DNA of 64,000 bases from Epiperipatus broadwayi (lineage: Eukaryota > Animalia > Onychophora), in contig JAQFVV010000005.1 in the NCBI GenBank assembly GCA_028023455.1, positions 21,948,001 through 22,012,000 on the forward strand, in the 5' to 3' direction. The stretch's first letter is position 1; every line of letters begins with the position of its first letter. The translations under genes were made by a program, and so were the position numbers. The notes beneath the pieces are model-generated. The model searched no databases. It was not told the origin of the DNA and saw only the letters and a program-made list of their open reading frames with translations. Below are positions 27,345 to 41,174 of this stretch, one piece after another.

Positions 27345-28807
27345 AACATTATGTTATGTTAACAAACCGACCTCTTATGAGCATGTGTTCAATGAGTTCA
27401 TTTTTTTAATTGTCTAACTTGATTTATAGAATAATTAATCTAAACATGTTTCCCCTCAAGAAATATTATTTTTAGGAGTAACATAATTCTGTTATTAAAT
27501 TCCATTCTACAAGAATTTTTTTTTTTTTAATCATTCTCCATGGAAAAAAATTAACCTTATTATTTTACGTGCTTGCTCTTATCTGCCCTCTATATGCAAT
27601 AAAAAAGAAATAAAAACATTGCAAACGTAATTAAAACTGCCAATTTAATTTTTCTTGTTGAGAACATTTAACTATTTGAAAATATACATCCACTTTCATA
27701 AGTAATATTAAAAAAAAAAAAAAACATGTTTTATGTTAATGTTTAACTTTCAAAAAAATTAATTTCACTTTCATTTAAAAAAAAAAAAAACGAATTATTT
27801 TAATATAAAAATATATCTATTAGATTATGCATCCCATTTATTTAAAGAAAGGTAAAGTTATAAAGCATATATATATATGCAGCACATTTATACTGTGGAT
27901 CCTATTATCAATGTATTGGTGCTTGTGTGTCTAATCCAAATGAGGCTGGGAATTTTATTCACTAGTGAGGAATAACTTATATTCCCACTGACTAACCAGA
28001 ATTGTGTAGATCGGTTAATTTTGAACAAGCTGCCTGAAAAGATTCTTGAGCCTTTTGCTATGGCCATAATCTGGGATTCAAAACTTAAGTCAACTGAGTC
28101 ATCTAATTAAAAGAAATTGTCATTTTACTTGAGAAATGTTCAGGTTTTTTCACTTTCATATTGCAAATTTTATGACAAATTAATATTTATAATAATCTTT
28201 TAATGGATTTTCATAAAACTTTCATTGTTGCAGTAATCATAATATATGGTTTCCACGGCGAGAATCCACTTAGATCATTTGACTATAAAAGATTAAAATG
28301 AAAATTTAATTTTTTATCAATTTTTATGATTGGAAACTATTTAATAGATTAAAATTCAAGTTGTAACAATTCTCTAGATATCAGCAATAATCCCTAAGCA
28401 AAGAAGTAGAAGATTCTTTCCAGGAAGAAACACACTTCTGTGCAACGGAAGCTGTTTTTATATGGATGTTTACAGAAAAATAAATATATTTTTATTTTTT
28501 CAAATAATTAATGATATAGAATTGATTGATATATCAATCCTTTTGAGATTACTGTCAGAGTTATTGAGGTCATATTTAAATATAACCAAAACTCTTTTAA
28601 CTGCTGATAAAACTTGCTTTTATCTTATATGAATCATATACTTTTTTTTATAAATTTTACCCAATATCTCGACCATATTTTGTAGTTGTTATCAAGAGTT
28701 ATATAGAGGTTTTACTCAAATATACAAAACTTTTTCCATTCCTGATAAAAACTTGCTAGTGTAACATATTTTATAATTATTGACAAGAGTCATATATCAT
28801 TATTTAT

Positions 28808-29189
28808 AACCCAATAAACATCACATGACCACCACTTCTTATGCTTGTGTATAACTGTTGTTAAAACAGGCAAAACTCACTATACATATTGCCACACACA
28901 GCAAGCTAGAGTAATCAATGGATGCCAGAATGCTTGTGCATAAAATCCCCATCTAGTGCCTACTCATCTAATATCCCCAGACTAGTTGCATTAGATCCTA
29001 AGATCTAGGTGCAGTGCTCTCAGATCCAAGGCTCCTCACTGACGAAGGCCACAAGCCAGAAACTAGTCTGGGGATATTGGATGAGTAGGCACTAGATGGC
29101 GATTTTATGCACAAGCCTTCTGGCATCCATTGATTACTCTAGCTTGCTGTGTGTGGCAATACGTATAGTGAGTTTTGCCTGTTTTAACA
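28808..29189. mobile_element. R1 fold-back insertion (NIF3L1 intron 1)
   Basis: 12-bp TSD ATCATTATTTAT at 28796-28807 and 29190-29201. Confidence 0.9.
29024..29082 (+). ncRNA. R1 type I hammerhead ribozyme (consensus-like copy)
   Basis: ATCCAA-GGC-TCCTCA-CTGACGA-A-GGC-CACAA-GCC-A-GAAA-CTAG-TC^TGGGGA-TA-TTGGAT; predicted GUC cut after 29068; palindromic stem III ACTAGT. Confidence 0.8.
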
Positions 29190-30615
29190 ATCATTATTTA
29201 TTTGAAAAAATGAATGATATTTGTTATGTACATTATTGAATACATATAATTAACAAATAATATATCATATGAACAGTATACTGTGCTCCTAAAACCAGTG
29301 ATCTGTTCAACAGATGGACCACGTAATACATAACCAATAATCAAAGAAAAATAATTGATAAATAAAATGTATATATTTATTATTATCTTTTATGGAAAAA
29401 TTAATTCTGAATGTACATATTATAATTGCACAGTGACTTTATCAACTTTCTTATAATAATGTTAATATACTTATAAAATATATACATATTTAAAATATTG
29501 TAAGCACTCCTTAGCCAGCATTATGCATTGTTTCTATTTGTATATGTATTTGACTAACTAATAATGTTGATATGAGAAAGTGGGCATTCTTTACAAATTT
29601 GGTGGACTCTAGTGTGTCAGGAATTGCTATTATGGTATGTGTATTTAGTGTTAATTTCTGCATAAAAGATATATTTTCAGTGCTACATATTTAATAGTTG
29701 TTGTTTATTTATGGGTTTATTAATATTATTTAAATTTATTGTTGAATTAATGACAGGAGTTGTATTAATTAAAAATATGAAAATAATATTGTTACCAATG
29801 AAAATAATTTATTGAATAAATAAATAAAATGCACATATTTATTATTAAATTTACAGCAAAAAAGATTACCATGAATTAGTTTTTGCTTGCTTTTATCCAA
29901 TAAATTCTTATCATAGATGGATTGCTTTTTGAAATTTCATTTTTTATGGATTTGCATTTCCCTTATATCTGTATTTTAATACTTACAGATTAAATATAAG
30001 CAATTATATACCCTTTTTATGCACTTATAAAATACAACATGTTTTTTTTTTCTTATTGCTTTGTTTGTTAACAGTTTCTACTGTCCAGCAGTCTTCATCA
30101 GATCTACAAAAAGAAACAATAATAAGATGTTATATGGAATAAGTATATAGAATGAGGATATAATTGATTATATTTAATAATGTAATCAATGCACATTACT
30201 TAAAGAAAAAGAAAAGAGATTACAAAAATTCTTGCATTTTGTTTTATTAATGTAGCATTAAAAAAAAGAAAAGAATATAATCTGTATAAGATTTTTATAA
30301 TAGTGGTTCAATATTATATTTTATAAATTTCATTTGTTTTCATTTTTGTCACATCTTTTATTATATTTTAATTTTTTCACATAATTAAGTATATATAAAT
30401 TTATTTTTAAAAAAAGTGTGAATCATATGAAGTAAAAAGTTTTTAATATAATTTATCCAAGATTGGGTCATTTTGAAAAGAATAACATTTTGATTAATTA
30501 ATTAATAAAGATTGTATAATTTTAATTGTATGAGTTCATATTTCTCAAAGTAATTTCTTAATAAGATTAACATGAAGTTGTGCTAGTATAATCATTTAGA
30601 AGCATATATTTTCAG

Positions 30616-30772
30616 AATGCATTTCATCCCAGCCTATCAAGACCTCTCAGTCAGCTGTATTGGATCTCGGGGAATATAAAGTTGAAGTCGGTCTCCCATC
30701 AGCCAAAGTAGAATCTTTAAAAAATGTAGTTGGGAAACTGCCTGGAGTTCATCTATATTCATTAATTAATGG
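30616..30772 (+). CDS. NIF3L1: NIF3L1 coding exon 2
   Basis: TTTTCAG| ... |GTGAGT; open in the required phase (ECISSQPIKTS...HLYSLING); phase 1 to 2. Confidence 0.85.
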
Positions 30773-31698
30773 GTGAGTGGTGGTTTCATTTTATATTGTA
30801 TGTCGACATTTAATTATATTTATCAAGTTTGGAATAATTGAAAATGTTAGTAGTGATTAATAATCAATTGTTGTTTTGTTTTGTTTGTAAATATTATCAC
30901 AAATTGTGAATGTAAATGAGTCATTATAATAACTTTTATTACAATTGAAGCTACCATTTATCAAGCATCTTGATTGCTTCTTCACGATTTGAAACACTTC
31001 TGGAATCATAAAACCTGCTTTTCAGAAAATAATAATTGAGGTTGACAGATATTGTTTAATCATAACTCACTAGTGAGAAACCCTGGGATCAATAATCTGC
31101 TTATGATAGGCCCCTTGTGTATCTGCAAATATCAAATGGAAAGTGATAGCAAGAAATTTATTGCTGCAACATGATGTTCATTGGCAGATGACTCTTTAGA
31201 GTCAATAAACATGATTTCCATAAAATTAATATTTACACCTAACAAGATAAGGCTATTTACTTCAAACATCAGTAATCATCAAATCAAAATCTCTTTTGCA
31301 AGATGGTTATTTATTTTATATACTGATTATAGAGGGCTCTGGGTGATGGTATTAATTTTTATCACAGTAGCAGAATTAAGTTTAGTGTGATTCATTCAGT
31401 AATGAATGTCTTTACATCATTCACTTTATTATATGTTAGTAAATAAAGAGAAACTGGAAAAATAAAGAATTAAATTATTTGATTAAAAAAAAAAAGACTG
31501 TGTACTAATGATCAGAATTTTATATTGATAGAATTAGAGATGTTTGGAAGATTATGCAAAGATTGATAAGGATGGATGAAAAGTAAAAATGAGTCCAAAT
31601 TGAATAGGTTTTGATAATATTTTGGAGGGAATCATGAAAGATGGTAAATCTTAAAATTTTGAAAGAGTGGATTAATGAGATAAGAGTATTAGTTATGG

Positions 31699-32193
31699 CA
31701 GGGGTGGGCAATTGTTTTGGCTCAAGGGCCGCAGAGGTTGGTGGAGGGCCGCATCAAGGGCCACTTTGTGGAAGCGAAGGTTAGTGGAGGGGCGCACCTT
31801 TTTTTCATGACACAATAAACACACTGCTTTATTCCCTGTATTACCAAAGAAATATTTGTTTGTCCATTCTTTATTAAACTCACAACATTTATCACCAATT
31901 TTACATTTTTTCAGAGGGTTCATGGTTTCACTAAAGTTGGAAATGTATATATTTGCTAATGCAAAGACAAAATTGAAATTAACCAGATCAACTGGAAAAG
32001 CACTGCACATTGTATCTACATTGCGCATGTGTATTGACGTAGCCATTCTATTGGAAAATACAAGACGAATCGTCGGTTATGCACAGAAAGGCAATCTCAG
32101 TTCAAGGCAAATATTTCTGATTGTTTTGGCGGGCAGCATAAAAACTCTTAGCGGACCACATGTGGCCCTCGGACCGCTATTTGCCCACCCCTG
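31699..32193 (-). mobile_element. Non-autonomous hAT element (Charlie/GTF2IRD2-like N-terminal remnant)
   Basis: TIRs CAGGGGTGGGCAA / TTGCCCACCCCTG; 8-bp TSD AGTTATGG / AGTTATGA; minus-strand remnant FNKEWTNKYFFGNTGNKAVCLLCHEK. Confidence 0.9.
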
Positions 32194-32399
32194 AGTTATG
32201 ACATTTCTAATACTCAAACTTTTTATGAACTTCCAACAAGTAAAGTTGTTCAATTATTTTCTCCCTACTGTTTGGTGCAGTGATAATGTGTCAGACTCTG
32301 GAGCATAAGATTCTCGAATCAATTCCAATTATGCCATTTCTGAAGCTCAAACCTCTTATGGACTCCTGATAAATAAAACCATTCAAAGAGACTTAAGAA

Positions 32400-33900
32400 A
32401 AAAATGAAACAGAGAATAGAATTCAAACAGAAATAGCATAAAACTGTTAACAGAAGGAATTAAAAGTGTGACAAGAAAGGGGTGTGAAACTTTTTGGAGA
32501 TATATGTCAAAGAGAAATAAGAAAGAAAATGCAGATGAAAGAGCGTATGAAGGTAGAGAACCTGAAAAGTGTTCTGTGAGTTTGTCATAAAAGCTTTGAG
32601 TGATGGGGAGTTGAAAGTGAATGTGATTCATTAGAGAACTTAATTCATGAGAAGATGGATAGAATAATGAATTCAGAATTGAATAAAGCAATAAATAGGT
32701 TTTAAAAAAGGAAAATTTAGATAGTATGACAGCTGAAATATTTATGGGTTTGGAAAGATATGCAAGGATTGGTTTAAAGAAAGCTTTAATAAAATTATAG
32801 ATGATAATGAGATTTTAGTTGAATGAAAAGGTGTGAGAAAATTATAAAGGAAAATTTTTAGGCTGTTAACTGGATATGGACCAGTAGCAATAACTTCCAT
32901 TATTTATAAAATATTTACATTGATATTAATGGATGGGATTAAGGCTTGGATAGAAATGTATGAAATCCTCATGAAGATTCAGTAAGGTGGATGGGGATAA
33001 GCTAACCGTTACTACTCAATAACTGAGATGTCTTACAGGGATAAACAATTATTTATTGCATTTTTTTAGATTAGAAAAAGATTTATAATAGAAAGGATAG
33101 GAATAGATAATGGAGTTATTAAGAATGATTAAGTCTTTATGAAGATAATTTTTATAAGTATCAATCACGGGATATAGAAATATCTCTTATTATCTTTATT
33201 TTTAATAGAATTTGAGGTTATGATAGAAAAATCAGGCAGAGTGTGGAATTCCTGTAATGGAAATGAGGATAATGTAAGATATGGTGAGGGTTTTTTTTTT
33301 TTTGCAAATAATATGGTATTCTTCTTAGTGTAATCAAAATGTAATTATTATTAGAAAAATGTGCAAAAGATAAAATTCAAATATAACAATTCAATGAAGT
33401 TATTGGTAATTAATAGAAAGAGTAAAACTGAAGTATGGGAGATATTTATGTCAAAGAATTGGTGCTGTGCAAATAAAGTATAATATTCTGTTAAATGGGA
33501 AAAATCAATTACAAAGACAGAAATAGAATTGAGACAAAAAGCAAAGAATAAAATGGGATTGATTAAAAACTAATCATGCTTTTCATAATTTGGAAAGAGG
33601 TGATGGTAACCTGCATTTGGAAATGAAACACTTTATATTAGCCAAGAAACTCAGATAATTTCAGAAAAGAATTAAAATGAAGTAGATAGATATGCATTGG
33701 ATAGTGAGTCAATCAAGATGAAAATGAATGAAACTTTTTTAATGAGGAAAATTTAAAATATGTGGAAAACTACAGAATATGAATGAATATAAATTAGTAA
33801 AAATAGTATTTAATTGGGTTATGTGAGTGTATTGACATATGCAAAGTTAATATATGGAAATTTTATTCTTACATATGTGTATAAGAGGGTTTTTTGATAG
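32400..33900 (+). mobile_element. Highly decayed non-LTR RT remnant
   Basis: Purine-rich decayed coding sequence with an FANNMVF (LFADD-like) fragment near 33305; clade unclear. Confidence 0.35.
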
Positions 33901-33929
33901 ATATTTTTTATTTAAGGATCTGAGACTAG

Positions 33930-34300
33930 GACACATAATAGAAGAGCAATCTAGAAACATCATTTCTCTTAACGAAGTATGGAAAGATGTGTGTTAGGAG
34001 TAACAAGAAGAGATGGAAAATTAAATACATGATTGAGAGAATTAAAGTTATCACTGATATCATTGAAATAATGAAGAGACTGAAGATGCGGGTTGAACAT
34101 ATTGCTAGAAGAGATGATAGTAGAACAGTTGATGTTTTAAATTGGATCTCAAGAGATTGTAAAAGACATAGAAAGAGATCATACATGAAATAAGAAAGTT
34201 TGCTGGTGCCTTATGGAGAAAACAAACTAGGTTTTGTAGTTACTAGATTAAAGAGATCTTCACCCTGCAATAAATCAACAATGATTGAAAATGAAGTAAG
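33930..34300 (+). mobile_element. RTE LINE 3' fragment
   Basis: ORF 33987-34193 EHIARRDDSRTVDVLNWISRDCKR matches the RTE C-terminus at 52575-52900. Confidence 0.8.
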
Positions 34301-37120
34301 AAATGGGATAAGTATGTAGAGAATTCATTTTAGGTGGGAAAAGAGAAAAGATATACTGGTTAGACAAAAAGAAATAGAATTATGGAAAATAAAGATGAAT
34401 TTTTAAAAAAGGTAATTTAAAGTTATATAAATCGTTATTTTATACAAGGACAGGAGCTTTAGATATCAAATAAATGAGATAATAACGTGAGTGATAAGAT
34501 TTATGTGGAGAGAGGAAGGAGAGTATTGAACATTTATTTTTTTGGAGTCTAACATGTTTAGAGTTTCTGGAAAAATATAAGAATAAGAAAACTATAAAAG
34601 TGAAAATGTAAAAATTGTGAATATAAGGACAAGGTATAAAACATAATGGAGAAGCTTTAATTAAAATAGGATGTCTTTGGAATTGTGGACTTAAATGAAT
34701 TGAAAGAGATGGATTTTTTTGTGTTATATATTACCTTCCAAAGAGTGGCAATACTTAATTCAGCTAACAGGTTTTTGAGCATACGGATTATGGTACTGGG
34801 ATATCTGATTTTATAAGGAAGCCATTACATCAAGTAACATTGTTGCTTTTGGTAATACAGGGTTTTTTTTTTGACTTGATAGCTGTAGTATATTTTTTTC
34901 TCCAGTAAAAGTTCATTCTGGAATAGACCATCTTTTTACTATTTAAAATCTGCACTTGCACAATTGATTACACATGATTCCCAACGATGTATAGTCTTAT
35001 TTTGTATATGCTGCTTCAAAATCGAAGAATTCTGTTTCTGCTTCTTTGTCATAAGTCTTGGAAATTGCTTTCAGAATAATTGCAGTTTACATATTTCTGG
35101 AATAAAAAATTTTGTTCTTGCGAATTTGCAAATTAATTTTCATGGAGACTGATTAATCGTCACTTTAGCAATTCAGTTATGCTAAAATAACGATTTTCGA
35201 GACATGTATAAATCAAATTTCTATTGACCCCCTCCAGTTCTCTAATACTTAATCACATTCTACTGTTAATGATTTTGAGAGGTAGAGAAAAGTATTTTTT
35301 TGCACATCATTTATACATTTCAATGTAAGTTTATCCATTTTTGTCTTAATTTTGAGAATTTGAATGTTTTGAATGAAGAACAATTTTTGATATACCTAAT
35401 TAATATTATTAAATGATAATTATTATTATTAAAATTAGTTATGGAAATAGGTGTATTTTCTTTGTTTAAATTTTTGACATACAATTTTAAAGTATAAAAT
35501 ATACTTTGAGAAGATATTGTCCCTTCTAGACGAAAGTAATATGTACGTGCTAATTGTCACTAATCGCAACTATATAATTTTCAAAGGATATAAACCCAAT
35601 GTGAGGAATTCATTTGATGGACCGACCTCTTGAAATTATTCACAAAGATCAATTTTGTTGCAGTATATTTGAAAGCTGAAAATGTTTAGAAAATTTTGTT
35701 CCAACATATCAATGGATGATTAGGCATGCAGATGATTTATCCATATATCAAATCATCTATACACTGGATGATAAGAATGAGTGAATGTGTTTGACAATAT
35801 TAAGTACAAGAAGGCTATCAATAGAATGAATATGGCAGAAAAACATTTATCAATTCAGACATTTTGGTGCATTCTTTACCAGATATTTAGGGAGTTCCAT
35901 ATATATAGCAGATGTATTATTTGTAATCTGCTCTCAAAGGCATGTTTCCATGTTTGATCTCCTACTAAATCCCCAACAATATGGAATTTTTTTGATGACA
36001 GAATAATTAAAATATGATTCCCACAACACAATAGTTGGAAAACCTCATTTTATAAATTATTTCATATCCAATATGCAAAGTTATAAAGGGGTTTTACTTT
36101 GTTGCTTCTTAATTTTGGGAAGGAATTGAGGAATGGTCTCTGTAAGACTACAAAATTTCTTTTACTTACATTAAACTTTTTTGTATATGCTGCTTTTTCT
36201 GTGTTAGCTACATCAGGTACGGGCAGTATTTGTGAGTAGCAGATCTCAAAGAAGTTCATAAATATATTTAATATAAAGTTCTAATAATTTTAACAAGCCC
36301 TTTAATAAATTATAGCATATTACATATGGAAAGCTGATAATAAATTCACAGTCTGAAAACCATTACTATAATAATTTATGAATTAGATTCCCAAATAATC
36401 TTTAAATAAACTAATGTTCACTTTCTAGTATTAATGTAAATCTTTTCATTAGATAAAAAATGACAAATTGATACAATAAAGTGGACATTATTTGGAAGTA
36501 TATTTAAATGATTTTTTGGGAATCTGATTTAAAGTTTTCAAACTTAGTTGTTCCACTATTAGGTTTATAGTTTGAGCATAACATATTTGATACGCTGTAA
36601 TCTATTTATAGGTTTGTTAAAATTATTAGAACTTTATATATAAAGTATACTAATATAAAAATATTTTTAAAGAAAATTCATGTTTTTCTAACAAGTCATT
36701 ATCCTAGTATAATCATGAATTAAATATGTCATATAGAAAGTTTATAAAGGTATGCATGTGGTTCCTTAGCTGCAGATTGCCTCTGCCTGATCTAATTACT
36801 GTTAAAGAAAACTTTTACAACTATATGAATACCTTTTTTTTTTTTATTTAACATATTAATATCATGTTTAGCAGACTATAATTACTCTTAATGATTTTTA
36901 AGGTCACATGACTTCTAGCTTTTAATCTTCAACAGATAAGTGACTTTAATCTCACTCTAGAATATAACTAATTCATACATTGAGCAATCGATAGATATTA
37001 GATGTCAGCATCATCTGACTTTTGTGCATTGCCATCTGAGTTTCATTGATTATATAATTTGTTCTAGAATGGGACAGAGAGATCACTGTTTTGATGATCT
37101 ATATATTATTATTTTTGTAG

Positions 37121-37238
37121 GTCTGGTGATGGAAACTCTGTCATGTCCATAATTTGTGGTAATAACAAACTTATTGAATTAACATCTATCTTAAAATCAG
37201 AAGGACATTCTTCGACCCTCATAACAAAGCTAGATAAA
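37121..37238 (+). CDS. NIF3L1: NIF3L1 coding exon 3
   Basis: TTTTTGTAG| ... AAA|GTAAGT; open frame SGDGNSVMSIICGNNKLIELTSILKSEGHSSTLITKLDK; phase 2 to 0. Confidence 0.85.
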
Positions 37239-37362
37239 GTAAGTATTTGAAATTAAATCAGTCAATTATTTTAGCAGATAGAAGTGTTATTTTTACATAA
37301 ATAGGCAAAATCGTTAAACATAGAATTCAGCAAATATACACTTAGTTGTTAGACATATTGTA

Positions 37363-37880
37363 AACATGACATGATCACCATTTTTTATGCTTGCTCATAA
37401 CAGTGTAAGCCTGTATTGAGAGTTTTGCCTGTTTTAACGACAGTTGTGAGCAAGCATAAGAAATGGCGATCATGTGATGTTTAGTGGTTTAACACCAATC
37501 CTGCCTAATAGGATAGTGGTGGCTATGGTTATTAAAGAACCAAAGACACCAAAATGTAAGGGTACTGAACTGAATTCAGATCTCTATGACTATATAAGCT
37601 ACTGAGCTTGGATTGAAAATATTGTGTTTTCAATTTTAAACTCATAGTTTTGTAGTAACTAGAGATAAAAGGTGGCTGCTAGAAGGTTGCATTAGATCCT
37701 AAGATCTAGCTCTCAGATCCAAAGCTCCTCACTGACAAAAGCCATTAGCTAGAAACTAGTCTGGGGATATTGGATGAGTAGGCACTAGATAGGGATTTTA
37801 TGCACAAGCCTTCTGGCATCCATTGATTACTCTGGCTTGCACTGAGTGGCACTACTGTATGGAGAGTTTTGCCTGTTTAA
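37363..37880. mobile_element. R1 fold-back insertion, ~1-monomer sense arm (NIF3L1 intron 3)
   Basis: 12-bp TSD AGACATATTGTA at 37351-62 and 37881-92. Hammerhead 37717-37775 has core CTGACAA and AGC/GCT stem II. Confidence 0.9.
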
Positions 37881-38259
37881 AGACATATTGTACTGGTAAT
37901 CTGGAGAGGAACTACTTTTAAATATGACTAATCAATACAATATTCATAGAATCATATATAAAGTAGATAAGAATAGACGTAATTGGGCCTAAAACAAATT
38001 TTATTTCCAAATCACAACAAAATCAACACTCATGATTCAAAATAGGTTTACCATTCAGAAATAATTTAATTTAAATAAAAAGGCATGCATTTTCAGCCTT
38101 TATTTGGGCACCATGCAGAATGAACCAATTTCAAATACTATAATCCCTCAATTCATGAAAACATTCAGCATTTGGTCAGTGGTTAAACATTCTAATTTAA
38201 ATTCTTTTTTTTTTTTTATAAACATGGAACTGATAAATGCTAATGTGAACATTTGAAAT

Positions 38260-38740
38260 AAAACAGGCAAAACTCACTATATATGTATTACCACACACAG
38301 CAAGCTAGTGTAATCAATGGATGCCAGAAGGCTTGTGCATAAAATCTCCATCTAGTGCCAATATCCCCAGACTAGTTTCTGGCTTATGTCCTTTGTCAAT
38401 GAGGAGCCCTGGATCTGAGAGCACTGCACCTAGATCTAGTATCTGGCTTGTGGCTTTCATCGGTGAGGAGCCTTGGATCTGAGAGCACTGCACCTAGATC
38501 TTAGGTGCAGTGCTCTCAGATCCAAGGCTCCTCACTGACGAAGGCCACAAGGCAGAAACTAGTCTGGGGATATTGGATGAGTAGGCACTAGATGGGGATT
38601 TTATGCGTGAGCCTTCTGGCATCCATTGATTACTTTGGCTTGCTGTGTGTGGCAATATATATATGGTGAGTTTTGCCTGTTTTAACAACAGTTATACACA
38701 AGCATAAGAGGAGATGGTCATGTGATGTTTGTTGGCTTAA
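38260..38740. mobile_element. R1 fold-back insertion with three hammerhead-derived segments
   Basis: 12-bp TSD AACATTTGAAAT at 38248-59 and 38741-52. Antisense motifs ~38360-38414 and ~38442-38479; sense motif 38520-38578. Confidence 0.9.
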
Positions 38741-39335
38741 AACATTTGAAATGTGAGCTGCTATGCAAATATGGCACTGACAACTTGAACTTTATAACCA
38801 ATAATCATTTATTTAACAATTATGATTAACTAACACATACGCACACACCCAAAGTTAAAAATAATTATTTTAGAAATACATTTATACACTAGTTAAGCAT
38901 ATAAAAAAATGAATAGATAAAAATAACTTAGCAACTAATACATATGAAATACATTCTCATAAAGTAATCAGATTATTCTGACTTACTAAGGCTTTTTCTG
39001 TATATTGTTTTTTTTTTAAGTTTCAAAATGAATAGTCTTATTGTGGTATTTTGTTTTTAGAACTTCCATTACTGATCAGCATAGGATGAAAACTTGTGTT
39101 GTTGTTGTTTTCAACTCATTTCATTTTAAATTAAATAAGTTTAACTATTTAATACATTCTTACTATATTAACCATATATACTGGGTGTCCACAGTAACAT
39201 GTAAAGCCAGTAGATGTTATGCCCAGATTTTTTTTATTCAAATGATAATGAGTAATATACAACATTATAGAAGTATTTAAATGGATTGAAAGTTTGTTAT
39301 GGAAGAATTTGTTGTGAATTTAAGATATTTAACTA

Positions 39336-39650
39336 ATATCACATGATCACTATCTCATACTAGCACATAATTGTTATTAAACAATTCAAAACAAAGCAAA
39401 TCTCTCCATATAGTAGTGCCATCTTGTGCTAATAAGAGCAATCAATGGATGCCAGAAGGCTTGTGCATAAAATCCCTATCTAGTGTCTAATCATCCAATA
39501 TCCCCAGACTAGTTTCTGGCTCACTGATGAAGGCCACAAGCCAGAATCTAGTCTGGGGATATTGGATGAGTAGGCACTAGATAGGGATTTTATGCACAGC
39601 ACAAGATGGCACTACTATATGGAGAGTTTTGCTTTGTTTTGGATTGTTTA
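39336..39650. mobile_element. R1 fold-back insertion (NIF3L1 intron 3)
   Basis: 11-bp TSD ATATTTAACTA at 39325-35 and 39651-61. Core CTGATGA...GAAT (A15.1 changed). Confidence 0.9.
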
Positions 39651-40366
39651 ATATTTAACTATTCTTATTAAAAGTTATAATTTGTTCTTGGAAAAAAAAA
39701 AAAAATGCTTCTTCCCACCCCACCATCCCTTTCTTCATACAGCAGCTCATGTTTGACAAATAATAACATCAAGATTGGGAAAAAGCAAAATAATTGTTAC
39801 TAGTTATGATATGGCTAATAGAATAGATAACAACATTCAACTAGTAATAGTTAACCATAGTAAATTAATAATAGAATTGTTATTAAAAAGTTAGCAATAT
39901 TAAATACATTAAAGTATCGTAATGGAAACAGGATAATTAAATATTTCAATTGAATTTTCTTCGCCCTACTCTAGAGCCATCTACTGTAGACTTGAACAAT
40001 CAATAGATAGGAAATAGTACAGTATTCTTTTTTTCCAGACTTGCCTTCATTAGTCAGGACTAGGATTTGAAGATTAAGCTAATGCACTTATACATTATAC
40101 TATTCAAACTAATGACAGGAAATTTAAAAACAGTTTTATGGTTTTAAACCCAAGCCAATTCTTTTGCACAGTCATATAGATATAACGTATATTTTAAAGA
40201 TTTTAGTTTTATCCTAACTTGAGGTTCCTTCTATCTTTTAATTAAGAAGGTTAATACCCAACAACTATATCACATAACTTTTTCATACGCTGTTATATAA
40301 CATGACTTTCTTATATTTTTCTGGGAATAAGCATATAAATTAGTGTAGCAATGATAATAGCTAATT

Positions 40367-40476
40367 GTCAAGTGTTGTTAGCCAAGAGGTCATCGCAGCT
40401 GCCTTGCAAGCAAGTAGTTGGTTGCAGACAGTTGTGGGTTCGCCTCCCGGCCGATGCTATGACATATGAAAAAAAA
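40367..40476 (+). mobile_element. tRNA-Gly-derived SINE, derived subfamily
   Basis: 13-bp TSD ATAATAGCTAATT at 40354-66 and 40483-95; poly(A) tail. Confidence 0.85.
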
Positions 40477-41174
40477 GTAATAATAATAGCTAATTAATTG
40501 CATTAATAACTATTGTAATAACAACAGGAATATAGTAGAAATGTTATAGTAGAAATAGTAGCAATCGGATATTTGCAGTAATAGTAGCAAACAATAGCAT
40601 TGCAATATTATATGTGTAATATTGGAATAACATTAATACAGTAGATAATATTTATTTTTACAAAGCGCTTGAGAGGTTTGCACTCTCTCAGTTTAATTAA
40701 TACAGTAGCTGAAATGGCATTGTATATTGACAATACAATGGCAGTAAAACAGCAATAGAGATTTAATAACAATAACAATGGTATAACAATACAATAATAG
40801 CATTGTAAAGTTTGGTGCTGGTAATAGTGCGGGAGTAATGAACATTAACATAAGAGTGGCAGTGTAAGAATAGCTTGTAATAGCAACAATATCAGAGGAA
40901 CATTATGGGTATTATTTGCTCTGCTACAAGAGTAGTAGTAACAGTGTAGTAGAAAAATAGAGATGCAGTGGTAACGATAGTGGTGACAGTATCATGGGAA
41001 ATAAGTCATGATTTAGAAGCGTTAATAGCTTCTAGAATGGGAATGTAAGCAGTAAAACTGACATAGCAATAGTATTGCTATACAACTAGCTGCGGTTATA
41101 TCATGTAATCATAGTATCAGTATAGGTAATAATAGCATTTGCTACAGAAACTATTTAGTACTGCAAGAATAACA

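Noticed and set aside
30062-30105. Either an extra NIF3L1 exon or a minus-strand hammerhead (CTGATGA-AG-ACTG-CTGGA-CAGT-A-GAAAC)
   Set aside because: The NIF3L1 frame is complete without it. The core and stem II look real but stems I and III do not form, so at best it is an eroded relic.
34960-36260. Possible Transib-like or other transposase remnant on the minus strand
   Set aside because: Only a weak ICYIYGTP resemblance amid many stops; no TIRs identified.
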